The position numbers and the translations under genes were made by a program. This document shows, piece after piece, positions 49,992-59,819 of a stretch of 64,000 bases of DNA. Position 1 is the first letter of the stretch. Every line of letters begins with the position of its first letter. The notes below the pieces were generated by a model that was not told where the DNA came from, searched no databases, and saw nothing but the letters and a program-made list of their open reading frames with translations. Source of the DNA: Curvularia clavata (Eukaryota); the NCBI GenBank assembly GCA_023920165.1, contig CP089274.1:310001-374000 (forward strand), written 5' to 3'.

Positions 49992-50722
49992 GATGTTATT
50001 GCTCTTGCGATGTCTAATGGTTCAAGTGTTGATACTAGGGAGAAATGGCGCAACGTTTTTGCGTTACAGCGATTTAATGTATCTAAATTATATATGTCGC
50101 TACACAGCCGAAGATAGCATAGAAATGGCCTTTATTTGGAAAGGGAACTGCACTGCTAAATACTAGAGTACATCTTACACATTAAGACGGCGAAGTTGCG
50201 CAACAATTTGCGAGGTCCGAATGGACGCTCGGCACTCGGGAATCTGGGCGGCCGCCACTGTTTACACGCAGACCTACCAGAATAAGACCAACTACTAGTA
50301 ATCCTTATCTCACATCATATTGTTCGTTTGGCAGACCATGCTACCAGGGTCTGTTTTCATACCACGGTTTATCCCAGTACAGGAATGTAGATGCATGTCA
50401 CGTATCGATTGCGCTGCCAGGGTTTCTTCAATCTTCTGACGATATCTCACAAAAGTTGGACATGTCAAAGAGAGGGTGAGTGCACACTGCGATTTCTTAC
50501 GACATCCTTAAAATACGTGATACAAAACGGAAACTAGGCAAAGCGCAGGTGATTGGTGTGTTATTTCTAAACGAATGTGATTGAGCAAAAAACCACAATA
50601 CAGGTGCGATACTGTAAAGACTGTGCAGAAAGGCAAACATCCAACAAGTCAAGCAAGACGCAGAAGGTAAAGAAAGTACGTGCAACCTAGCAAATATCAA
50701 TCTTCTCCACCAACGACAACAC

Positions 50723-52321
50723 TTAGTACTCTTCACCAAGCCTGGGCTTGCCTCCCTTCCAGTCGTCCCTCTCGTAGTACCTAAAAACAAGATCATATCC
50801 ATCCAAGTCGTGCACAATGCGATCAACACGACGGTAGCCAGGAATGACCTCCATCCTGTCAGCCTTGTGCGAGTTCTTCAATGGCAGCTCATCAGCGGTA
50901 GGCTTGGCTTCGAAGAGAGTGACGCTGAACCTGCCAGGCTTGAAAATTCCCACCACATGCTGCACAATATCGGCAGTCTCGCGGCCGGTCTGGCGGGCAG
51001 GCACGTTGGTCTCGAAAGAAGCGTAGGAGCACTGTGGTTCGGGGGTGACGTGAACGGTAAAGTAGTGCGTGGCGTCAGAGCCCTTCTTGGATCCATTGGG
51101 AGCACCACCTGGAGCAGGAATGACGCCGTTGGCAGAAAATCCGCATGGGGTGAAGAGATAAGCGTCGATACGGGCATCAGGATACTTGGTGGTGGGATAG
51201 ACGTCGGCCAGACCGCAGTGCTCAGAAACGACGGTACCAAGTGTGTGACCTTCGGTGGTCAGCTCCTCGGGGAAGGTGAGCTCCTCGTCAGAGTTGAAGC
51301 CGGAGTGGTCAGAAGAGGTCTGCTCGAAAACGTCGAAGCTGTCATCGGAGGTGTGTGTGTTGGCGGCCGAGTTGAGAACGGTGGAGCCACCAAGACTCTC
51401 CGTGTGGCCATTCTCCTCGGAAATGGTACCCAGAGATTGAATGGCGCTCTTACGAGCTTCACGAACCCTCTGGAGGTAGCGACCTTCCGCAACCGCACTT
51501 GCGTCCTCTAGATAGAACTGACGGGCGTTCTTCTCATCGAGGTCGGTCATCAGAACCTCCAAAGTCTCGTCTTCCTCCTCGTCGGTGGGCTGCTCACGCA
51601 ACAGGCGCTGGGGGTGGCTGATAAACTTGGTCTCGGTGTCAGGCTCCAGCCTCTCCTCGCCTGGGCTGGGAGGTGGTGTGAGGCTGGTATCAGGACCAGT
51701 GATATAGAGGTACCAGTGCTCGCCATTCATCTTGCCAATCATGTAGGCGCTGCCACCCTTGAAGCGGTCGTCGAGGTAGCGGACTTCCTCTCGCCAGCTG
51801 CGGTGGGGACCGCGCTGCTGTTCGGGGTGGAGGAAGTTCTTCCTGCTATAGAAAACGCGGTATGGCGTGGCAGCTGGGGCGACGCCGGATGCCTTTGGCG
51901 CGACATATGGGAAACCGGCTCCAGCAGCAATTTCCAACATGCGAGTCAGACCCCAAAGCAAAGTTGTGGTACCACAAGTCTTGAGGACAACCTTGTGGGG
52001 GAAGACGAACATGCTCGACTCGGACAGGAGGTAGGCATCGACATGCTCGGACTCAATGACGGAGAGAACCTTGCAGTTGACCAGATCAAGCATGTCCTTC
52101 CATATTTCAGCCGACACCTTCTTCAAGCCGAGCGGACCGGCCTGGCCAGGTAGTTCAGTAGCAGAGGGGCTGAACCATACTTCCAAGAGCTTCTCGGGAC
52201 CCTCGAATGAGTTTGTGGAATCGAGATCGATAGTAGCCTCCTTGTTGATGGTCAAGTGAGGGGTGCCAATGTGCGACGAAGGCGAGGCAGTGTAGTGCTG
52301 AGGAATCTCGGTAGCGACCAT
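50723..52321 (-). CDS. SPE2: S-adenosylmethionine decarboxylase proenzyme
   Basis: FEGPEKLLEVWF, YLLSESSMFV (autocleavage/pyruvoyl site), KTCGTT, FTPCGFSANG, TVHVTPE..SYASFE. Confidence 0.97.
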   Translation of the reverse strand: MVATEIPQHYTASPSSHIGTPHLTINKEATIDLDSTNSFEGPEKLLEVWFSPSATELPGQAGPLGLKKVSAEIWKDMLDLVNCKVLSVIESEHVDAYLLSESSMFVFPHKVVLKTCGTTTLLWGLTRMLEIAAGAGFPYVAPKASGVAPAATPYRVFYSRKNFLHPEQQRGPHRSWREEVRYLDDRFKGGSAYMIGKMNGEHWYLYITGPDTSLTPPPSPGEERLEPDTETKFISHPQRLLREQPTDEEEDETLEVLMTDLDEKNARQFYLEDASAVAEGRYLQRVREARKSAIQSLGTISEENGHTESLGGSTVLNSAANTHTSDDSFDVFEQTSSDHSGFNSDEELTFPEELTTEGHTLGTVVSEHCGLADVYPTTKYPDARIDAYLFTPCGFSANGVIPAPGGAPNGSKKGSDATHYFTVHVTPEPQCSYASFETNVPARQTGRETADIVQHVVGIFKPGRFSVTLFEAKPTADELPLKNSHKADRMEVIPGYRRVDRIVHDLDGYDLVFRYYERDDWKGGKPRLGEEY

Positions 52322-53100
52322 CTCTTGACGGTATAGCTGGCGTGCGCAGCGAATTTATCTGGTTGGAAGCGGTTTGCTGGATTGGATAGGAGCAAGCTTG
52401 AAGTTTGGGCTAGCTAGGAAGCTGTGTGCAGCACAACCTCGCTCAGACAAGCAATGCGGTGCTCGCCTGAGAAGAATTGGCCCACGGGTCGCGAAGAGTA
52501 GGCGAGGCTGGCGTGTGCCAGCAGCAGAGGACGTGGGAATGTAGAACCGACCGTAGTCGATGTTAGGGAGGTCGCGCGTTGAGGGGGATAAACGAGGCCT
52601 TTTGCCGGGAAATGGTGGCAGCCGATGTGGTCCTCGCAATACCAGATTCCGATACCCTGGGCAAGTATCGGGTCCAGCAGACGAGGAGATCTGCTTCAAA
52701 GACTAAGGAGAAATGGGTGGTGGAGTGGGAGAGGGGGCGTGGCTGGTGTTATCGAGGCCTGGAGGGGGGACAAGGTCAGCGTTGTGCTCTGGGGTGTCTT
52801 GTTGATAGCAGACAGCTTTTAAATGAGACAAGACTGACTTTGCAGGCTTGGACAGAAAGCGTACGAGGTCCTCGCGACGCATAGAAGAGCCGAAGCAGGC
52901 GACGGCGACGGCGTTGGGCACTGACTGTGTATGTGTGGTCAGTCGCCAATCTCTTTTTTTCTACCCAAGCTGCGGGGGTGACGAGACGGAGCGTGGCGGG
53001 ATTGTGGTAGACGACGGAGAATAGGAGAGGAGCTGGCAAGAGATACGTACTGTGAGCAGTGGAGCAAGCAGACGAGCAAGCAAAATTGATTGTGGGGGTT
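52322..53100 (-). promoter_or_regulatory. Long spliced 5' leader of SPE2 with two introns (52925..53050, 52759..52864) and overlapping uORFs
   Basis: Donors GTACGT and GTACGC, CTGAC branch points and CAG acceptors; pyrimidine-rich leader with only one AUG (52882). Confidence 0.7.
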
Positions 53101-53749
53101 GTTGTTGTTGGGGGCGATGTCGTGGAAGCTTCACGCGACAGGCATTTTTGACGAGTGCGGTGTTTTTCCTTGCAAACGTCACCGCCCAACGCAAAAGTGG
53201 CTGGAGCGTCCCGCCAACGGCCGACGGGCTTGGGGCCCGACGCAGCCTTTCTCGATTCGATTCCGACATGTGCCCATTCTATACTTAGCCCACAAGACGT
53301 CATGCAACAGGTACCAATTCCTTTCCCGCCGCCTCCATTCGTGCATCGCTTCATCTAATCGCGCCGTGCATCTGCCAGCCCATCTCGCGTCCGTCTTCAC
53401 ACCCTTGGCACCGCTGTCGATGCTGCCCCCGTTTCCGAGACTTTGACGGTCACAGAGTCTGCTGAGAGTCATGTGATGTTCCATGAGGGCGGAGAAATGC
53501 CTCAGACAGAACCACGACCCAAACGCGCTCCCGACAGGACCACCTCTGTATCACGCCTGGCGGGGGTATGCCAGCCTCTCTGCTGCAATGCCACCGCCCC
53601 AAATGACTCCAAAGGACCGGCATACTCCCGGCGACCAGGACCACGCATCTCCACATGTACATGCTAGCCCTATTCCAGCCTCCTGCGCCTCCATCTTAGT
53701 CTCTTCCCAGCTATAGCAAACATACTGCAGCCCACATATACCTATAGCC

Positions 53750-55575
53750 TCAATCAACACCTCTTACTACCTCACTTGCCCCATCTGGTGCTTTGAACAC
53801 GATCCCACCGCTCTCCACCATGCCCCCGAAACACTCCCGCAGATCTATGACTAGCGTATCGGGCGCCTCGAAGCCTGGCAGCATCGCGGGGCGCCCGCTG
53901 TGGCGTCGGACCCAGCACATGTCCCAGAAACTGCTCCCCCACTCCAGAGGCGCTGCTGTCTTGCTGTTGTGAGCCAGGAACGTCGACACTCCAAGTCGTG
54001 TTGGTGTATAGTCGGAATATGAAGGAACAAGCGTGTCCATATACGCACGACGAAGCCACCGAAGCGCCTAGCACTGCCTGTCAGCAAACCACCATACTGA
54101 ATCGAGTAGTAGTATAAGCCTCCATACCGCTTCAGGCCCCGGCAGCCACTGCAACATGGTAAAGTTGAGTACCTCTGTCGGGCTCCATGTATAACTTTTG
54201 CCATCGCCTTCTTGCTTTGTTGCCGAGGAATAGTCCTGGGTCTGAACCATGGACGTCGATGTTACGTCACCTTGCTCCTCGTCACTCTGCTCCATTTCTA
54301 GCTCGACCGGCGAGAGAAACGGACTTCTTGGTCTGCCCGACAGTGGACGTGGAGCTACGTCTCTCGTATGTATGACATCTAAGAGTGTTGCAAGCAGGCC
54401 AACGGGCGAGTCGCACAGAGAAAACGCCAGTGTTTGTGGCCGGACAGAGTAGAGACGATGCAGTGCTTGTGGACTGCCATATACCTCGTTCGGTGTTGTC
54501 GAATGCTCTCCTGTCTGCCCAGGTCGCGATTGCACATCGCTTTGAACGTATCCAAAGCTCAATAGTGGGACCTTTGCTTGCGTCAACTTGGCAACACGCC
54601 ACTTCAAGTACTGCAGTGGATTGCGTCTGTACGTTGGCTCTTTGAACGACGGATTCACCGTGTGTACAGCAAGGCAGCTCTTTGGGTATCGTAGCGCCAG
54701 CACACGACATATACTAAAACCCCTGGTAAAGTGTCAACACTTGCATGGCTTGGTTTCAAAAGAAGAGCAACCGACTCACCATCCTGTCCCATGAGCAACA
54801 AACTCGTCATAGCCCAGTCTAGCCATCAATTTCTGGAACACCTCTGCCGTCCCATCTAGGCCGAACCCTTCCTCCATACTCGCGTCGCTAAATCCAAAAC
54901 CAGGTATGCTAGGCGCCACAACGTGGAAGGCTTGTGGTGCGGCTCCAGCAAGTCCTGGTACGGACTGCGGCTCTGTCAATGCATTAATGATACGTTGGAC
55001 CTCGATGAACGATGAGGGCCACGTGTGTGCTAACAGCATCGGTATAGCATTGGCCTGTTTCGACCGCCTGTGCACGAAATGAACACGAAGCGTCTGCGTT
55101 CCTGAAGCGTCATCCGTAGACGATGTGGTAATACTGGTCCGAAACTGCGGTAATGTCGAGTTGAATCGGGCTTCAGCGGCGCGCCAGTCGTACTTTTCGA
55201 GCCTGGAAACGATGACTCTCATTAACACGTCTTATCTTGAAATATTGACTTCGATCCATTCTTTGAAAAGTCAAATCATACCACCTAAGACCACATGTAT
55301 CGAGAATACTGTAGAGTATCACTTACCAAAAATCCAGCAACGGCTCCAGTACCCGTTTCGGCGTACCCTGCTCCCATAACCTTTCATCCGGCAGCGCCAA
55401 CTCGCGCGGCATGCGCGTCAGCTCGAGTTTCTTGCGTGTAAGCTCAAGGTACTTGGACGAGACCTAGCAAATACACTTGTTAGCGATCAGGCTATATAGC
55501 TCCAAAGAGAAGGTATAATCCTACATGCATGCTATACGTCGTAATCGCCTCTTCGCCGTGACCCGCCGACTCCAT
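53750..55575 (-). CDS. Epoxide hydrolase-like alpha/beta-hydrolase (EHN domain) with degenerate catalytic residues; 4 introns
   Basis: LTRKKLELTRMP, YDWRAAEARFN..PQF, VHFVHRRS..NAIPMLLAHTWPSSFIEV, FHVVAPSIPGFGFSD, LMARLGY..FVAHG, RPQTLAFSLCDSPVGLLA. Confidence 0.85.
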
Positions 55576-56323
55576 ATCTCATGAATATCACGGCACGTGA
55601 CAGGAAAAGTATGGAAACAAGAAGGGCGCTATTTGAGTAATAACCTTTGTTTTACCAGCAAAGTGTCATTTGTGCTACAATTTGTCATTTGCATAGGTAC
55701 CCAAAAAAAACAAAGAAAGGAAGGAAAGTAAGATAACTAGACTATGTACCGTAGCCTTTTTCCTCCGCAAACCCCACTGTATAAACACATCTTCCCCCTT
55801 GCATGTACCCCATCTTTTCAGGACAAGATCTGCCACCTCCCTTCATGCAGCAGGGGGATACGTGAGTCTTACGGAGGCGAAAACAAAGGGGACGCGCAAG
55901 CCGCGATGCCGCGAGTAGTAGGTGTATGTTCCAAACGGCTGGACAACAAGGCTACAGGACGGGATCTAAACAAGGGGGCTGTTCGTTCCAGTTCGTTCGT
56001 TCGCTTCACTTCACTTCGCTTAGGCTTGGGATGCACGAACGGACGAACAAACACACAGAAAGGATTGATTCGCAGGGTAGTTGGGACTAATACTGTGGCA
56101 AGTAACTCGGTTGATACTATGTATGTTGTGGCTTGTGGCTGTGCAAAGACGATCGGCATAAGGATTACGACCAATCAGATCATGGATAGGCCTAGTACCC
56201 CAGCACCACCTCACACTATGATTCGCCCGTAAAAAAAAAAGATGTAGTGATAATGTTACTACGTATTCTCCGAAACTAAAAACACTCTCTGAGTGGCGAG
56301 GTATTTGCCTCCAGCATGCTAGA

Positions 56324-59300
56324 CTAGACGTCTCGAACGGTCGCTGTGCCGCCGCCGGCACTACCGGTGGTGGTGTTGGTGCTAGACGGAGAGCGTTGGG
56401 CGGCTTGAGCAGCGACACCACGTAGATTGAGGGAGCCAATTCGCTGCACGAGATTACTTCCCACGGCATCTACAGCGCCGCGTGGTTGGAGGAGTGACGG
56501 CGCTGCAGCAGCGGCTTCCTGTACTTTGAACAGCCGAATGCTAGTGTTGTTCCAGACCCCAGCCGTACCCTTGGCTACCAGCATCTCGGCGGCGAAGATG
56601 AAGCCCCAGAGGAGCGACTCGTACCAACCAAGCGACAGCGGAGACCACTCAAACAGGTGCACTCTGATTGGTGAGGGCTCGATGCCGCGCACCTCCGTCT
56701 CGCGGATGATCTTCAGCGCTTCTGCTGTGTCTGTTGAGTTCCCGGCTGAAGGTAGTTTTGGTCCGAGCTCAGATATCAGCATAAGGATGGTATGCAATGG
56801 TAACTCGGAGAGCCAGCCTTCCAACTAGACGCCAGGTTAGCGAAATCGCAGCTTCCAATCAGGACGACTTACCCATGGGACAGATGGTGTGAAGAACTCG
56901 TTGGAAGCCATGGCTGGGCCCGCGACGCTATGCAAGCTCGTCATGCTGTTCTGCCGAGAGAAAGCTGGTTGGCCTACGGGCCGCTTGCCTCGTGCCTTTT
57001 CTGACATGCCCCTTAGCTGGAGAGGTACCGAATCATCTATCGACGAGGCAATCGATGCGCTCCTCGAAGCACCTGATGGCGATTGTATAGGTGATCGAGT
57101 GACATCAGATGTGCGCGAAGGGTTCGCGTCGTCGTCGTCGGAATCATCATCACCACCAATGGCGAAAGCGCTGTCCTCTTCTGGCACATTGCCCAATGTG
57201 GGCGTCCGCGCAATCGTCGAGCTCCTTAGACTGTCTATGGAGTTGGTACGTGTGAGGTCTTCTCCGCCCTCCTTGCGCTGTTGATTCTGCCGCTCAATCT
57301 CCTCTTGGCCACTTTCTAACGTGAAGTCCCGGAGTGCTTGGAACCGCTTGCGCGAACGCACAATGGCGTATACCAGGTTTGGGTTGTCTATGGCAGCTCA
57401 GTATTTGCAAATAGAGACAGTTCTGGTCATACTTACGTGGACACTGATGTTCTATTATCGCATTCAGTACCTCCAAGAGTGAGTGCAGGAGTGTGTGGTT
57501 GTTCTCATTTGCAAGCAGGAAGCTGGGTGAGGACATGGAAGCAAAGAGCTGTAACAGCTTCGAGCTTGTCGCGCGACCAAGATTCTGGACATAAGCCGCT
57601 ATGTTGTTGAGGATCGCGAGTAGCGCAGGGTATATCGCATCCAGCTTGCCTTTGCCAGTGGTAAGCAATGTGTAAATGGACTATCAGAATTAGCAAAGAT
57701 ATCTCAACTTTTAGTTTAGCTGCGTACTGTGATGACATAGTCGGCATATGTGCCGTGGAAGTTTGGAATGCGAATGCTAGCTGGAAGCGACTCCTGGCCC
57801 TCGAATGTCTTGTTGAGACTCTTGCCAAACTGTGGCTCGACGCTCAGAGTCTGGAGTACAAATATGCACATACGCACAAGACCCTGCTTGGAGGGATCAT
57901 TGCGCTGGTCAATGGCATAATATAGCACCAAGACGACAAAATCGTGGGCTCTGTCCGTGTCGATGATGAAGGAGCGGAAGCGCTTGTTGCACTGCAGAGC
58001 CTCCCAGAAGAGCATGATCATCTCTGGCGCCCAGGTCAAGGACTTGTGGCTTCCAGGGAGATATGATGTGTTTGCTTGGAGCTAGTACGTGTTAGCAAGG
58101 AGAGTGGTGGCAGACTTTGGTATTACATACTGGCTGATTGAGTATCCTTGTCATGCCATCGACTAGGAACTGGAAGTCTTGGGGGCGGTGTAGCCGGCCC
58201 AGGAAATGGCGAAAGAAGTTCTTGGGTGCTGGGCCATTGCCAGGCTCGGGTATGGGGTACAGGACGAGTACTAGAAGCAGCTGCAGACAGTACGTAACCA
58301 AAATCTGTCGCTGGTCTTTGAAAACGACGTGGTCGTAGGGCACGCGCCATGTTGCGGGGTTGTACTTGAGCGTCTGTAGGGGGTCAGCGGGCGTGTATGG
58401 TAGCAAAGAGGGACACGCACAGTATTCAGAAGGGAGCATAGCACAGACAACACGACTTGCTTGTCTGGACATGTTGCAATATACGTGATGGCCTTTACAC
58501 CCTTGACTGGTAGCACGCCTGTAGGGGGTTAGGATCGACATGGCACTCGCGCAATGACAGGATGCATACTAGCCGACATGTACATGGACTTGCTCGCCAG
58601 GGTGAGAAGCAGGCGCAAGATCTCAGTTCTGTTGCTCTCAAACTCCTTTGTCGATGCGACGGGCGTGTTGCAGCCAACACCGCTCTGCCAGATGGAATAG
58701 GGAACCTTGCTCTTGCCAGCGGCGACCTTGGGCAGAGTGAACTCCGAGAAGAAGAGCAGGTCGATGAGGGTGTCGATAATCTCCTCGGCCAGCGGCTTTG
58801 CCTTTTCAAACTCGGGCTCCTTCTCCATGGGCGTCTGGTCTGGGTCGGCCTCGTCGAAGATGACCTCGCTTCGCACCAGCTGGCCTCTGCGACTGCGCTT
58901 GCGGCGCTCGGCCCAGAAGAACTGGTCCTCCCATGCCTCTAGGTGGTCGGCCTCGTACAGAAAGGGAAGCAGGCGGGTGAGGACGCGGATGCAGTTGAGC
59001 GCATCACGCTCTGGTGCGAGCTCCGGGTCCGGGAACGAGGGGTGGTTGCGCAGGACGACGAGGCGCGAGGTGACGGCGAGTATGAGCGTCTCGAGGTTGG
59101 CTAGGTTATTGTCACGGGTGCGGCGAATGTCTGCGGGCGAGAAGAGGGAGAAGACATCTTCGGTCGACTCGGGGAGTTCCCAGAACTGGGGGTGTGGTTA
59201 GCAGAGCGGCAGCAGTAACAGACGGAATGCATACGCCTGTCCAGTAGACGTCGTCGGCTGGAATTTGCTTGGGCTCAGACAGGCGGAAGATGCCCTGCTT

Positions 59301-59330
59301 GAAGGAGAGTTTTGAGTCGGATGCACCCAT
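56324..59330 (-). CDS. HID1: HID1/Ecm30 family Golgi protein (high-temperature-induced dauer-formation protein); multiple introns
   Basis: MGASDSKLSFKQGIFRL (myristoylation-type N-terminus), YSIWQSGVGC, ESNRTEILRLLLTL, RLHRPQDFQFLVDGM, FEWSPLSLGWYESLLWG, GVWNNTSIRLFKV. Confidence 0.9.
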
Positions 59331-59819
59331 TGGCAAGCATGTCACGGCTTCACGCGCGCATTTCTGTGGACTGTATGTACTTTGTGTGTGTATTCTGGCC
59401 AGAGGGCAGCCTCGCCGGCGATGTGACGTCGGCCCCGGGCGAATCCACCACGACGGACCATTCACATGCTTTCGCGTCTCGGCGCGTCTTTCTCTCTCCC
59501 TCACTTGTCTCTCGCCCTCTCCGCTGGCGCCCGTCATACCCATTCGGGAATCTCAATTGATTACTAAAAGCCTGTTAGTCTTTGACGCAGCACCGCAGCA
59601 CCACTGGTGCGCTCGCCTTACATAATCCCGGCCGTACTCACGGCACTATTTCATCCCATCGTCGCCTGCTGCCTAAACATCTCATCTCTTCCTTCAGTCT
59701 GCCACCCCGTCTGTCCGCTCCCAGCCCGTCCGCTCGCTGTCCTTTCCGTATAGTCGTCGCCCGCCGCCCGCGCGGCCGTCCAGCTTCACGTCCTTGACCT
59801 AAGGGAGCACTTCGCCACC

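Noticed and set aside
50810..52153. Long plus-strand ORFs (233 aa, 179 aa) opposite SPE2, and similar ones opposite other genes
   Set aside because: Expected antisense frames of GC3-rich coding sequence; no independent motifs.
52355..52699. 114-aa TTG-initiated ORF in the SPE2 leader
   Set aside because: No AUG and no motif; openness is explained by the C-rich leader composition. Cannot be excluded without ribosome profiling.
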